A DNA stretch of 64,000 nucleotides, taken from Vicugna vicugna (taxonomy: Eukaryota). Below are positions 46,621 through 60,952 of the stretch, one piece after another (positions within the stretch are counted from its first letter, which is position 1; every line of letters starts with the position of its first letter). Below the pieces are notes generated by a model. The model saw only the letters and a list, made by a program, of their open reading frames with translations. It did no database searches and had not been told where the DNA came from. The position numbers were made by a program, and so were the translations under genes. The stretch is taken from assembly GCA_013265495.1 (NCBI GenBank), contig MU057632.1, forward strand, positions 46,054 through 110,053, in the 5' to 3' direction.

Positions 46621-47471
46621 CCAGAGGCAGGTTTTGCTGATAAAAAGGTCCATGTTTTTACTGCTCCAGTAAGCCAGCATCACAGGTTAGGTCACAGGCA
46701 GGCAAACCGGTAAAGGTTCAGGAGAATGTCAGGCTGTCCACCGACCTCCTCCTGCTTCCTCTGTGCATTCTCTGGCACCCTCACAAGCGAATCCCAGGCC
46801 GCATTCATCTGCTCAGCTCACAGTCATCTGTCTTCCCAAAGAGGGGCGATGCTCAGAGCACACTCCACCCTTAAACTGACTACCATCCTTCTCTCAAAGG
46901 GTCCCTTCCAGGAATCAGGCCAAGGCCGACGTGGCCTTAGACTGTAACATTTTCCCTTTCAGCATCAATTCTAGGGGTCCTCTGCTTACTTTACCCCAGT
47001 TGTAGGATGTGCACATTGGTCTCAGTGGGGGCATCAGTTTTGCCTTATATTTTCCACCACCATGCAGTTAGTCTCTGTGATCTGGGGTGCGAGTAGGCCA
47101 TTTTCTGGTTATTTGCAGGAAGAAATGAAGCCCAAAGTTCAATAATTCTAGATTTCAGGAAGGATATGAAGGTGATGAAAATTGAGGAAAATGTCCATAG
47201 TGGCTGTTAGACTATGAATTTGATAGGTGGTTTAATTCGATTTTTTTCTTTCCAAGATCATTCTATTTCAGATACGAAGACTTTAAACCACAAGGTGTGG
47301 GGAAAAGAGCTAGGGGTTAGGGGAGCCCCGAGCTGGAAGTGACAATTGGAAGCCCTGGGAGGAAGAGGAGACCCTAATTTCACATCCTGATTCTTGCATA
47401 GGCCACCCTGAGTGTTGTATATCTGACTCCAAACACAGCTGGACATAAATCCAGACCGACTCAAAGTCTAG

Positions 47472-47697
47472 ACAAGGGGTGCAAAGTTCTTCCTGTAAAG
47501 GGTCAGATAGTAAATATTTTATGCTTTATGGGTCATATGTGGTCTCTGTTGACACCACTTTACCTGCATTGTAGCATGACAGCAACTATAGGCGGTACAG
47601 ACACAGATGAGTGGAGGTCTGTTTCAATAAAACTTTACCTACAAACACAAGCATTGGGTTGGCTTCTGGCCCCACCCTGTAGTTTGCTGACCTCTGG
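47472..47697. mobile_element. MER58-like hAT-Charlie element
   Basis: ctgtaaagggtcagatagtaaatatttt...tttcaataaaactttacctacaaa...gtagtttgctgacctctg. Confidence 0.75.
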
Positions 47698-47769
47698 TCG
47701 AGACAAGACTATCAGTGGGGAAATGCCTCGAGCTCAGCAATTAAAAACAAACCAACCAACCCCGCCCCC

Positions 47770-48045
47770 ACAAAGAAAACAGACTTATGATTACTAGGGG
47801 GGAAAGGGGATAGGAAAGGATAAACCGGGAGTTCAAGATTTGCAGATAATAACTACTATATATAAAATAGATAAACAACAAGTTTCTATTCTATAGCACA
47901 GGGAACTATACTCAATATCTTGTAGTAACCTATGAAAAAGAATATGAAACCTAATATATGTATGTATATGTGTGACTGAAACCTTATGCTGTGCACCAGA
48001 AACCGACACAAAGTGTGACGTGACTATACTTCAATTAAAAACAAA
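47770..48045 (+). mobile_element. L1 3' terminal fragment, followed by a (TG)n(TA)n microsatellite at 48056-48104
   Basis: gggagttcaagatttgcagat..ataaacaacaagtttct..cacagggaactata..ctatacttcaattaaaa. Confidence 0.85.
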
Positions 48046-48073
48046 TCAAACTGGGGTGTGTGTGTGTGTGTGT

Positions 48074-48104
<31 letters not shown>

Positions 48105-48477
48105 GCGCCTGTGAACTGGTCTGGAAGGAAGAAGCAGAAAACTTTAATGGACTTTTATTATGCTTATAAAAGAAGTTTAATATGATCTACGGATTGCCTG
48201 GTAGAAAGGAGTGTTTGAGCAAATCATTCTAGAGTAAAATTAGGACCTCTAAAGTGCAGTTAGTGATTAAGATGCTACACTTGCAGGCAGTCCTTGGTGG
48301 TCTAATCCTGTGAGAAGGGTGCTGTCATCGTCTTCATTTTGCAGGTAAGGAAACAGGGCAGTGAAGTGACGCGCCTGAAGTTAAACAGCTACGAGGACTG
48401 GATCTGAATCAGTCCGCCTCCAGTGCTGGGCTCGTAATCGTAACGTTCTACTGTTGTCTTAATATCAAGATCTTAAC

Positions 48478-48596
48478 ATTTTATTTTATTTTTTGAGAGG
48501 GAGGTAATTGGGTTTATTTATTTAATGGAGGCACTGGGGACTGACCCCAGGACCCTGTGCACGCCATGCTCTACTGCTGAGCTATACCTTCCCCCA
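48478..48596 (-). mobile_element. tRNA-Ala-derived SINE (Vic-1-like)
   Basis: Reverse-complement match; aagatctt flanks both ends (TSD-like). Confidence 0.85.
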
Positions 48597-50587
48597 AGAT
48601 CTTCATATTTTACTGCAAGACAACAACAGCGGAAGAGATACTTTGCTATGAGATGACTCCCCGCTGCTGCCCACGTGCCTGGCACACAGCAGCTGCTCAT
48701 TAAAACTCTGCTCCGTGAATGGCCTGTTCTTACTGGTGGTGTTGGCAGGTCCTTCCAGGGCCAACAAAAAGGAGAAGTAAGTGACACTCCCATTGTCTTC
48801 TTTTCTTCACGAGGCTAAACTGCAGCACTGGAGACAAGATAGCGCAAAGAGCAGGCACCCCTAAAGCCAGCCTCCTCTCATGCTGTTGGTAACTAAGGTG
48901 AGGCATCTGGAAGGAAAGCTCTGTGCAGAGCTGATGTGCCAGGCAGGACCAGTAGAGGGGGGAAGAGATTCACTGCAAACGTACACTGGCAGCTGTGCTT
49001 GAAACTGAAGTCTGCTCCTACATTTCTAAGCATGAACAAAAACTAAAGCAAAATCAAACTCCGGGGGGAATAGATCTATATATACACACAACACATGTGC
49101 TCTTATAAGGAAATGTAGGTGCATTTGTTGTGCTGCCATGAGTTACAAAATCTTGCAAAAGTCTTGTTCCAGCCCTTTAAATCAGGGTAAAAACACTGCA
49201 TATGAATATGCAGAGATAAGAATGATCAGAAAACAGAAGAGGCACTGACTGTCGCCACCGCCAAACAGATGGACAGGCCGGGCCAGCAGCCACACCACAT
49301 GTGGGGCTGAGGGCTCAGCTGATGGCGGACCTGAGAGGGGTCGTAAGGCAGCAGGAACCCCCAGCCCAGCTCCTCAGCTAATCAGAATCAGCCAGGAAGC
49401 CCCCAAAATGCCAATATCTGGGTCTCACCTCTGGAAACCCCATTTTAATTGCTCCAGGGTGTGGTCCAGAGAGTTCATAAACCTCCTCAGGTGACCTGAA
49501 CGTGCAGCCCAGGTTAAGAACTGCTGACGTGGAGGTGGGGTTGGGGTGGTGGTGCTGGGGTGACCTCCACACTCCTAACTCCGGGCACAGAAGTGGTGCG
49601 GGGTTTCGCATCCGTCTTCCCAGTCACACACATCGTACCTATGAGGCAGAGGGTCAGCGCGCCCTAGGCTCAGGTTCCAATCAGAACCCAAATGCTTCCA
49701 GACTCTGCTCCTCTGAGTAAGACCTGAAGTTCCCTGCAAGAGCCAGCTATGAAGTTCCATTAGCTTCTCAAAGGACTCTGCTGGAAGGGAAAGGAAGCAC
49801 CACTCATTCTTTCAGTAAATCTTCATTGAGCTCCTACTACGGTGTGCAAGGCACTGTCCTGGGGTCTGAGCAGCACCAACTCTGCGGGAAGAGAGCTGGC
49901 AGAGTTGAAGAGGTCTCCAGGGATCCCATGGTCCCCAGCCTCTTTCTCTCTGCAGCCCCGACGGCAGGCAACGGTCACAGCAGCAGAAGCTCTGAGAGGA
50001 TTCGAGAGCCTCATCTACCCAGAGCCTGGTGAGCTCGGGGCGCCTGCTTCCCTAAGTGGTACCAAGGGCCTACCTGGTGAGCAGGACTGAGTCATTCATT
50101 CATTCATTCCTTCACCCACCCATCAAACATTTGTCACATGCCTCCTACGTGCCAGGCTCAGTGCTGGATGCCAGGGATAAAGAAGTGAAGAGAGAAGCCT
50201 TGTGGCTCGAGCACATCCCATCCAGCAGGGCAGACAGACGGGCAGGCACAGGTGGGTGTGCAGGACAGGAGTGTGTAACCCAGACTGGCGGGTGGTGGGG
50301 GCTAGGAAACGATTCCAGGCCTTTACCCCGGTGCTCTGCACCCCATCTCTGTGGATAGATTATCAAATTTCTCAAGGCTCGGAAGTGGCCCCTGTATGTT
50401 CCTAGATCTTAGTATTTTGGCGTGGATGTGCCCCTCCCCCTTGCTGTACGTTGGCTAAGTGTGTCAGTTGACTCTACCAACATGCATTCCACACCCACCT
50501 CTTTCCCCGTCCAGCAAATTCAACCCCCTGATTTCTTACTCCCCATGAGAAACACAGCATCTCTCTGCCTTAAAAGCACTGGTCCTT

Positions 50588-50708
50588 GGGGGAGGGTATA
50601 GCTCAGTGGTTAGAGCACATGCTTAGCATGCACAAGGAACTAGGTTCAATCCCTAGTACCTCCATTAAACTAACTAGACCTAACTACCCTTCTGCCCCCC
50701 AAAAAAAG
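50588..50708 (+). mobile_element. tRNA-Ala-derived SINE (Vic-1-like)
   Basis: gggggagggtatagctcagtggttagagcacatgcttagcatgcacaagg; aaaagcac flanks both ends. Confidence 0.88.
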
Positions 50709-51114
50709 CACAGGTACTAGGGCTCATTCTGTAAGGGACCCAGGGCCTTTTGATCACTGAATCCCTCCAAGGCAGCTCTCTGGCTCATTAGAGACTGGCC
50801 AAGAGGTGAAGTTGATTACGGAGCACACTCAGCAGATCACTGGGACTACAGAACCTGATAACTTGGGTCACTCCTGAGGGCATGTGTATCACTTGTCTGG
50901 ATGATTTATTGACGCTATTTTCTTGTTAATACGTGTCATGATTCTATGATACAGATTTGCATTTGTGTGTGTTTAGACTTTGAAACTGTTTGAAACTGGT
51001 TGGAGAATTAGATATTCAAGACTCCTTTACCCTTCTTTAAACAATTTTTTTTTCAAATCATTCTTTTTTTCCTTCCAGTTTTACTGAGATAAAATTGATA
51101 TATACTGTGTACTA

Positions 51115-51369
51115 TTTTTTTGGCGGGGGTGGGAGGTAACTGGGGGTTTTTTTTGGTGGAGGTACTGGGGGCTGAACCCAGGACCTCTCGCTTGCTAGGT
51201 GTGTACTCTGCCACTGAGCTATATCCTCCTTGCCTTTAAAAAATTTATTTTAAAAAAATTGGGGGGGTAATTAGGTTTATTTATTTATTTAATGGAGGTA
51301 CTGGGGATTGAACCCATGACCTCATGCATGCTAAGCACGTGCTCTAACCCTGAGCTGTGCCCCCCCCCA
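51115..51369 (-). mobile_element. Two adjacent Vic-1-like SINEs (~51115-51229 and ~51259-51369)
   Basis: Two consecutive reverse-complement consensus matches. Confidence 0.85.
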
Positions 51370-52687
51370 CACTTCACCATTCTTTCATCTCAGACTGGGC
51401 TACTAGCTGGTGATGAAGTAGCCCCAGGAGCCCCTAAATCCACTGGCCAGTCTCATTTTCTGGCTTTCAACTCTCGATAGAGGCATGTCCACTAGCCACA
51501 CTGGCACACAGTCTACCAGAAGTCTTTAATAAAGGAGCAAGCAGGTATCTCACGTGGCTGACCTAGGGATCAGGAAGGCTCTGTGGGCACACTGTTTCCA
51601 CCACTGGGAGTAGAGTTATTCTTCTAATGCTTAATATTATTGTGCTTTATATTCAGGATCTAATAGGCTCTTCCGTACACACTGTTTGGTTTTCTTCTAA
51701 AGAGGTAGGAGTAGTAAAACCTGAGCAAGAGCTTCCGGATCCAGCAAGTCTGCAGATGGGTAACTTTCCTTCCTAGGATTTTGTAAGTACTGATATCGTA
51801 ATTAAATTGGGGAGTTTTATTTTCCTCAGAGTATAAAACCCTGCATAAACTTTAAAGTGGGAAATAAATAAGTAAATAAATCAAGTTGCCCATAAGTGTT
51901 GATTGCTCTTGAATATTTTTGGTCTCAGCAATGAGTAGGAGATTCGGTTGAAATCGTACCCAAATGAAAGGTTAAAAATGAGATGCTGCAAAGTCAATGC
52001 ATTTCCAGTGAAAACACCAGTTGAGTGCAGCCTCTTGGCAAAATGTGGTCACAAGCAATTATCTTCAAAATGGAAACAAAGAAAAAGAATATTCCAGGGA
52101 ATATCTTAGCTGATTAAAAATATGTGCCAAGTGATCTATCAAACGGTCTTCTGACAGCGTCCTTTACTATCACACGTCATATTCGGCCATCAAGAGTGTC
52201 TTCATGGTGACTCGCAAACAAAGACTCATCACCTCTGCTGAAAGAACAGAGATGTCATCAGCAACATTAAGAACTCGTGGTGGTTAAACTGCTTGTACTT
52301 TTAACAAAAACCCACAAGGGCAGACATGTGCCTCTTCGTCTCTATTTCTGGAGTATTCTTGTCCGAAGTAGAAAGTGAGATTTAAGGAGGATTCAGAGTT
52401 GAGGATGCATCTTAGAGGACGGTGAGCAAACGGTCTCGAACATGCATCGTAGAGTAGGAAGAACACAGTGCAAGAGAACTGGAAAATGTCATCACTCAGA
52501 CTAGGGTTCCAGTGCGGTGGTACCTGCATTGCTGGCGCCTCACTCAAAACCGACGAGTCATCGGCTGGTCTCCTCCTGGCTGATCAGGTCTGAGCAATTT
52601 CAGAAGAGTTAATGAGTCTTTGCCAGTGATAAAGAAATTCTTGACACCTCACCTATGTTCCCTAATAGGAAGATAGTGTAAGATTCT

Positions 52688-53516
52688 GTATATATTTTTT
52701 TTAATTGAAGTGTGGTCAGTTTACAATGTTTTGTCAATTTCTGGTGTACAGCATAATGCTTCAGTCATACATGAACATACATATGCTCGTTTTCATATTC
52801 TTTTTCATAAGTTACTACAAGATATTGAATATAGTTCCCTATGAAATAGAAACTGTTTATTTTATATATATTAGTATCTGAAAATCTTGAACTCCTCGTT
52901 TATCCCTTCCCACCCCTTCCCCCCCTGGTAACCATAAGTTTGTTTTCTGTGTCTGACTCTGTTTCTGTCTTGTAAATAAGTTCATTTGTCTTTTTTTTTT
53001 TTAAGATTTCACATATAAGTGATATCATACAGTATTTTTCTTTCTCTTTCTGGCTTACTTCACTTAGAATGACAATCTCCAGGTCCATCCATGTTGCTGC
53101 AAATGGCATTATTTTATTTTTTTTGCTGAGTAGCATTCTAATGTATAAATATACCATAGCTTCTTTATTCATTCATCTGTTGATGGATATTTAGGTTGTG
53201 TCCATGTCTTGGCTATTGTAAACAGTGCTGCTATGAACATTGGGGTGCAGGTATCTTTTCAAATTAGAGTTCCCTCCAGGTATATGCCCAAGGGTAGGAT
53301 TGCTAGATCATAGGGTAAGTCTATTTTTAGTCTTTTGAGGACTCTCCATACTGTTTTTCACAGTGGCTGCACAAAACTACATCCCCACAGCAGTGTAGGA
53401 GGGTTCCCTTTTCTCCACACCTTCTCCAGCATTTATCGTTTGTGGACTTTTGAATGATGGCCATTCTGACTGGTGTGAGGTGATACCTCATTGTAGTTTT
53501 GATTTGAATTTCTTAG
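52688..53516 (-). mobile_element. 5'-truncated L1 with 13-bp TSD
   Basis: IMPFAATWMDLEIVILSEVSQKEKEKY on the minus strand. TSD agtgtaagattct at 52675-52687 and 53517-53529. Confidence 0.92.
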
Positions 53517-55179
53517 AGTGTAAGATTCTAATAGATAATTTTAAAAAGTGTTATGTTGACAATCTGGCTTTGAACTTTTTTCCTCTCTTGGATTTTTCTC
53601 CGAAGTTACTTGTGACCACCTTGCTGCCACTTTCGAAGGACCTTCTCACTCTATCTTCTTGACTTCTTTGCAGTGTATAACACTGTCAACCCTGCCTCTT
53701 GTTCCGAGCGCTCTCCTCAGCTCCTCAGCATCCCACTGCCCTGGTGGCCGTCTGTCTGGCTGCTGGGTCTGCATCCATCTGCGCCTTCCTCCTCCCACAG
53801 GCAGCGCTTTATGGTCTGTGAGCCTCAGATTCCGTGCATACTGCCTGCTCTCTTTACTCCCGCACTCTCCCTGGTGACATTTCTGTAAACCATCCATTCT
53901 GTGCTGACAACAGCCAAGTTTGTCTTCATCTCAGACTTCCCTCCTGGGGTTCACTGGTTACAGGGCCCCACTGAGGCCCCTCAAACTCAACACTCACAGC
54001 AAGGCACTGTCTCCCCCCACCGCTGGCCACTGACTGAGCATCTGGATGTTTGTCCCCTCCCTGATTTTCCTCCTGCTCTGTCGCTTCATCCTCTCCAGCC
54101 GGTAAATATCCAAACCCCATTGTTGTTTCTGTCTGCAGAGCCCTGCTGTCCATCCTCTGTTACTCTTTACCAGGACAGCTGGGCTCTGGTCTCCAGCAGA
54201 TCAGGGGCTGTGCAAACAGGTGTCCCCACTTCCCGATCTGTCCTTCACCCCAGTCAGAAGTTTGTTTTTAGGGGATGGAGTGAAGCACCAACCTGATAGA
54301 TTTACTTTTGTCCTTAAAAGCCCTTTGCCTTCCTGCTTGCCAGAACGGTTCCTGCTCTGATCCAGTCTGACCTCTCCTCCTCCCATCTCAGTCCCCCACC
54401 AATACTCATGCTTTCTAACGCCACCTCCACCTTTGATCCTTGGTAACTGCAGCTGCCGCTCCTAAACACACATTCTTGCTAAACTGGCTGGAACCCACAG
54501 AGCAGCCCCTCAGGACTCCAAGCAGGGATCTGTCTTTCTGGTTATTTTCATCCCTGTGCCTTTGAGTACATGAACTGGTCCCTGGGAGGACCTTTAAAGA
54601 GCCTGTCATCAGGCTGCTGTGCGGCTGGAAGAGAGAGACAAAGTAACTTCTACTTCCCACCATCCTCTTTCTTCTTGGGAGGGGGCTCATGAGGGCAGCA
54701 AATCCCCCAGAGGACACAGAGGAGAGGTCTACTCAGAGCACTGCCTCTTGGCTTGGGGAGAGCATTTCCCATCCAGCTCTGGGTGGGAATACCCATCATC
54801 AAAGAGGAAACAGGCACAGAGAGGTAAGGTGAGTGACTTGAGGTTGCACAGAGGCCATCGGGTTTCTTGGACTACCTCTCCTGAGCTGCTCTGGGCAGGT
54901 GCCTGGGTAGAGTCAGGCTGCAGCTGCAACCCAAGATCCTTTGTGTCTTCACGTCAGACCTTACTGATTCATTTGATTCTCTAGAAGGCAAGACAATATA
55001 AGAGGTAGCGTACACAGGAGAGTACAGACATGGTGACTCGCACGGAGCCACCAGAAGAAAGTGGCATCCTCTACAGCTCTTGGTCACTTCTTTTCAACAT
55101 CACCAGTCATTCCATTTGAGTTGCTGTGGTTGTCTTCACAAGAAGATAGGTTGTGCAGAATTCTGATTCATTTCTTTTC

Positions 55180-55260
55180 TTTTTTGATGGAGGTACTAGG
55201 GACTGAACACAGGACCTCAGGCATGCAAAGCATGTGCTCTACCACCAAGCTATACCCCCA
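55180..55260 (-). mobile_element. Vic-1-like SINE, short form
   Basis: gatggaggtactagggactgaacacaggacctc..ctctaccaccaagctatacccc. Confidence 0.8.
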
Positions 55261-55339
55261 CCACACACAGTGTTTTGTATCATATAAGGCAATATTGTTG
55301 TAGGTACTGACAGATGAGTCATCTTATAAACATACTTAT

Positions 55340-55776
55340 GGTGTCAGTAAATATAGTACTACATTATAAATGTATTTTCCTTATGATATTCTTTTGTTTT
55401 CTTTTTTCTTTTTTTATGAGGAAGAGGTGATTAGGTTTATTTATAGATTTCCACTTGGAGGAGGTAACGGGGATTGAACCCCTGACCTCTTGGGTGCTGA
55501 GCATGCATTCTACCACTTGAGCATACGCTTCCCCTCTTATGATATTCTTAATAACATTTTCTTTCCTTCAGTTTAATTTTTTGTAAGAATACAGCATATA
55601 ATACACATAACACAAAGTATGTGTTCATCGATTGTTGATGTTAGTGGGAAGCCTTCTGGTCAACAGTAGGCTATTGGTCGTTAAATTTTAGGGGAGTCTT
55701 AAGTTATACACAGATTTTTGACTGTGAGAGGGGGTCAGCAGCCCTAACTCCTGCACTGTTCAAGGGTCCACTCTAC
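55340..55776. mobile_element. TcMar-Tigger (Tigger2/MER8-like) fragment with a nested SINE at ~55392-55535
   Basis: ttgtaagaatacagcatataatacacataac...ttctggtcaacagtaggctatt...gttcaagggtccactcta. The SINE is flanked by cttatgatattctt. Confidence 0.7.
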
Positions 55777-56474
55777 AGTGAGAAGTGAGTGTGCAGAGTG
55801 TTCAAGAGTTTATCAGTTTGCTTGTCAGTCTGTTTCCTTCCCTGCTAATTTCATCTTTCTATTTAGAAATTCATTTCTATGAGTGGATGACGAGACAGTT
55901 AACACTGAATTAGATCATTAACAAGATATAGAACTTTTATTAAAAACAAGTGCAGGCTTCACTTCCAGAGATGAGTTTGAAAACAAATTCTGAACAACTC
56001 ATGCATTCAGACTAAATAATATTTTGAAAATAACCTGTGATGATCCTGGAGGAACTCTATAAAACTAAGTACTCTTCTGTTTTTTACAGCATACTTTGGA
56101 AATGTATAAGAATAGCTGTTATTCACTATGATGAAAAGTGATACCATTCGTTAAAAAAAAGTCTCAAAGTGCATTCTGGCAGCGGGATCCAGATGAGTTC
56201 GGAGAGTGGCCTTAATCATCTCATTGCCTGAGAATCTTTACTCTCAAAAATAATTAGAAACTGTCAGGTGTTTAATAAATATTAACAAGTGAAAATAAGA
56301 TTTCCGACTTCACTCTTTGTGAATGTAATCATATTTTCCATGCTGTCATTCTTGCAGTACGGTATATATTTTTTGTTACACATTTTAATTTTAATTTATC
56401 CCTTAGGAAAAACTTTAATTATTGTAAGAGCTACCGGAAGACAAAAGACATGTTCCAGTAGTCATATTGGGGCA

Positions 56475-56606
56475 GGGGAGGGTCTAACTCAGTGGTAGAT
56501 CATGTGCTTAGCATGCAGGAGGTCCTGGGTTCAATCCCCAGTGCCTCCATTAGAAAAATAGATTAATAAACAAACCTAGTTACTTCCCCCAAAACAAACA
56601 AAAAAA
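56475..56606 (+). mobile_element. tRNA-Ala-derived SINE (Vic-1-like)
   Basis: Consensus match; agtagtcatatt flanks both ends as a TSD. Confidence 0.88.
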
Positions 56607-57539
56607 GTAGTCATATTAAGTAATCAAATAACCAAAAAAGAACAAGGAAAATGCCAAAGCAAAGTTGCTGTTTTAGAGATAAATAAGAGATGGTTCACAC
56701 TTGTAATCAGCAATATACATATAAAATACTACTTTAGGTGAGCTGTCAGAGGTGGGCAGGTTCACGCAAAAACATTCTTCTAGTCAATTGATGTTCAATT
56801 TATTATGTAATTAAACTCAGAAAAAGGGCACCTTTGCATGTGACTTACAGACTTATACTTGCAAACTCCTTTTCAGAACTGCTAATTATATTGGTTGGTC
56901 TTTTGATTTTTAGAAATTAAGTGTTATCATGAGTCAACGATTACCAATTATTAATCACTGAGTGTAGTTATTATGTTTTTATAGACTCCAACGATTTTAA
57001 ATGGAACTTAGAAGTGATTAAAAAAAAAACCCCACTAAGCAGAACCAGGATATGGGGGAGAAAAACAGCCCATCAAGAGTCATGTGTAGCAAGCAGAAAG
57101 CTTCCAAAACCCACAAAAAGGAAAAGCATATAAATAACAAAGTTCTGTTAAAAATAAGGAGCCAGGAAAGAATTCTGAAAATCAAGGGAATTCTGCAAAG
57201 GACTGTACCACAATCAGTCACGTTTCTAAAGGAAGGTACTGCAGAGTAAATCTTAAGCCGCGGCTGAAGTGCTTAGCCAGCAGAATAAACCCATTTTGTT
57301 TTCTTTCCTGCAGCTCAGAAATCTTTTTAGAGGCTGTGAGGCACAAGCAGAAAGCTTCCGAAGGTCTGGGGAAATGACACAAGCTGGGGTGAGTATGGCT
57401 TTCAGGAAACTTAACCTGCTCCCCTAGATAAGATTTTACTGTACTTGCTGTAAGCCAGACTAATCTGGGGGTGAATTGCCCCACATTAGGGTCTTGGATG
57501 GATGAATGAATGAAAGTAAAGAATTTCAAGGTGACTTCT

Positions 57540-57732
57540 AGACCAGAGAAGGACTTTCTGCAATGATGGAAACATGCTGTTATCTTCTCTGCCCAACACA
57601 CACGCCACCAGCTACAGGTGGCTGTTGAGCACTTTAACTGTTAGTAGTGCTGCAGATGAACTGAATTTTAAATTTTGTTCGATTTTAACTAATTCAAACC
57701 TAAATGGCTATGGTATTGGGCAATGCAGTACA
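57540..57732. mobile_element. MER3-like hAT-Charlie element
   Basis: actttctgcaatgatggaaa...gccaccagctacaggtggctgttgagcactt...gaactgaattttaaatttt. Confidence 0.7.
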
Positions 57733-59007
57733 GAGCCTTTCTGTCCCTTTAACTGAAGGCTTCAGGTATCATTTTACTACATATCCTTGGGTTTTCTGGG
57801 TTTAAATATTACCCAAGGCTTCTAGGATCCCCATGGATAGGGTGAGCATACTGTTTTCCAAACTGGGATACTTTGAAAATGACAAGGAGTGTTTGTAACA
57901 CCCCTGATGAGACAAGAGACAAAATCAGGGACGGTCCAGGACAGATAGGAAGGCACGGATGCCCATCCATAGGGACAGCTGCTTGTAGGTCCTACTGGGG
58001 ATTAACAGGCTTTGCTCTGCTTCTTTTTGGGTTGCTGTTACAGATGTGTGAGCATCTTCTGGGGTCCATTTTCATCATAACATGATTTTTTTTTGCTCCT
58101 AAAAACACTTACCCAAACATTTATAACCCATTTCTCCTTTTCCAGTGACTCCCAAACACAAAGTAGAGCAACGTCTAACATGATGCTAAATGACTGACTA
58201 CAAACAGAAATAAATAATCAATCATACTGATATTGGAGCTTGGACCAAGTATCTGAAGAGCTAAACTGGGCCGGATACTTTAAGTTTTCCTCAGGCCTTT
58301 TGGTAAGAGGTGGAAAGAGCCAAAAAAATAGGAGGTATCCCTTTGCAGTACAGTCACTCAGCATTTCCCTGACAGGTGCACATTCTCCCAAGGGGATTAA
58401 ACTGGGCAGCCTGAGACTGGAGCAGCTCATTTAGTACAGATCCTGGATTGTTTGAGGGGCTGGAGCCTGGAAATACAAATATAAGTTGCTTTGGACACTC
58501 TATGAGTTTTCTGCCTTCGTAGAGGACACAGATTAAGATCAGCCATCAAAATGATATGTTAGCAGCCTAGGAGCAACACACTGCAGAGTAAGCTCCCTGT
58601 GATCAGAACTCAACCTGTCCTGAAATAACACAGGGGGATTTTTCTTTGACCCAAAATACAGAACATGAATTGAAACATCAAGTCAGAAAAATAATATTAA
58701 AAAGCCATTTGTATCTATACCCTGGACGTCCTTAAAGCAACAAACTCACATGACGAGCCAGTTCTCATGTAACCCGTCTGGCATGGCCTGGCTTGTCAAA
58801 CCCCACCCACCTTCTACTGTGTTGAACACAGTAAAGTTTTATATTAAGAAAACAATATTTCAAAATGTAATAGGCATGTGGATGACTAAGAAGAGAGAAA
58901 GTCATTATTCCAGGAGATTTACCTGCAGGAAAGAGAATTTAGCAACGGAGTAGTTCAAATAATCAGAGGAAGGTCTCAGAATCATTTCATCAAAGGTTCT
59001 CACTAAC

Positions 59008-59116
59008 CTGATTGCTCGAATGACAGTTTTGAGTGGTGGGGTGAGGTCCTCCACGGAGACGTCACACTGGCATCCTTTCTCATCATATGCATCTTCAGTG
59101 CCCAGCGCTGTGTCAG
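59008..59116 (-). CDS. KCNQ5: KCNQ5 coding exon (109 nt); the gene continues beyond the window end
   Basis: cctgcag|CT GAC...[36 protein letters not shown]|gttagt; phase 2 joins the 44244 exon. Confidence 0.97.
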
Positions 59117-60033
59117 CTGCAGGAGGAAACAGCCGCTTAAATAAGAGATCCAGCAGCAACTTAAAACCCATTGCTGAATTGGTCTCACACAGGAGTTAGG
59201 GGGAACTCAAGAGACTCTGCTTATAAATCAATATATAGAAAGTCAGCCAATTGTTTTCCCCAGGATTATTCTTTCTCTGTTTCCTACAGCCTCACCAGTT
59301 TTACGTGATTTGACACAACCACTGCTCAGAGCTGTTTTCCATGGGGAGAGTGGGGCTGTGGACGCACTGTGTTCCCAGGAGTGATGATGGATTTGTGTTG
59401 CTCCGCCTGTGTGGGCTCTTTTGCCCAGTTCTTTGGAAACTAACAGCCAGAGTTTCAGTAACAGCTGTTTGGAGTTAGGATCACAGTTTTTGGACACTTC
59501 ATGAGCTGGACTGCATACGCAAAGTCTGAAACCCCTGGCCCTGACACCATTAGCTCGATGCCCTGAACGAGTGTGCTGAGCATTCAGACCCAAGAACCCG
59601 GACTCCTGATCGGCCAGTTCCTGGACCTGGGCCGCCCAGGAGAGAGCTCACTTACGATACCACTGTCACGCTGAGAGAAGGTTCTCAGACTGGGGAAGAA
59701 AGTCAGTTCCTCAGAAACGGAGCAAAATCCCTTTTGGTTTAATTGCCAAGTTTGGAAAAGGAGGTGGGGTTACAATAAACACCAAATGAATAAGGATTTA
59801 TAAAGTTCATATGGAATAAACATATCATTGTAGCTTTGTTTTTAGTAACAGAATATTGACAACAAGTTAAAATTCCTGTGATGGGGAATCAGTTAAATAA
59901 ATATTGGTAGGCGTATTTAATGGAATATTAGGCATCTGTTAAAAATGATGACTAATGACTGGAAAAATGTCACAATATATTGTTAAGGAAATAATCTATA
60001 TCTGGGGTCAAGAATGATTTTACTCTTTCTGCT

Positions 60034-60368
60034 TTTGGAGGGGGAGGTAATTAGGTTTATTTATTTACTTATTTTATTTATTTATTTTTAGTAAATATAA
60101 TTAAGTTTATTTAATTATTTATTTTAATAAAAATAATCAGGTTTATTTACTTAATTTATTTTCTTAATAAAAATAAATAATTAGATTTATTTATTTTTTC
60201 ATTTAAAATTTATGTATTTATTTTACAAGATCATATTTTAAAAATTGAAGTATAGTTGAGGTACAAAATACAAATATTGTAATATTTTTTTAACAGAGGT
60301 ATTGGGGTTTGGACCCAGGACCTTGTGCATGCTAAGCATGCACTCTACCATTGGCCTATACCCTCCCC
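60034..60368 (-). mobile_element. Vic-1-like SINE with an expanded AT-rich tail
   Basis: Head at ~60296-60368. The tail motif aattag(g)tttattta recurs several times between 60049 and 60200. Confidence 0.8.
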
Positions 60369-60952
60369 ACCTTGGCTATATTTCTAAAATTGTTACAACG
60401 AACATGCATTACCTTGGTAATACAGTGATAAAAATGCTCTCACAAGACAAGAGCTAGGTAGCCTCCAAACACTGTTTAAGCCTCTTTAGGTGCTGACATA
60501 ACTAAAGGATTAATTCTGCTTCCTGTCACCTCTGCCTTGCTCAGGGCTCCTCTGCTAAGTCATGAGAGAAAGAGACTTTGCCCTGGGCTGGTCCAGCTGG
60601 GTTTAAAGTCCTGGAAGGCTGCTGGGGTTCCATCTATTGGAGTGGTGCTTACCTGTGGCATATGATTCGTGCACCATTTAATTGAACAATTCACTATCTG
60701 TCTGCTCAGTTCACTGGGTGCTGGGAGAGGAGGGGGTGAGGGGAGGAAGAGATGCAGATGGATTTCTACAGCTCTGTTTCACACTCCCCTTGGTTCTCTG
60801 GCCCTCAAGCCTCCCAAGGGGGTTCTCCAGAGCCACCACCTCACAATAATAATAATAGCAATCACTCCCTGAAATTCATGTCAGGCACTTAGGAGAAGCT
60901 TCTGCATATATTAGTTTTCTTTGTTTTTGCATTTCCCTAACCCTTTGTGGTG

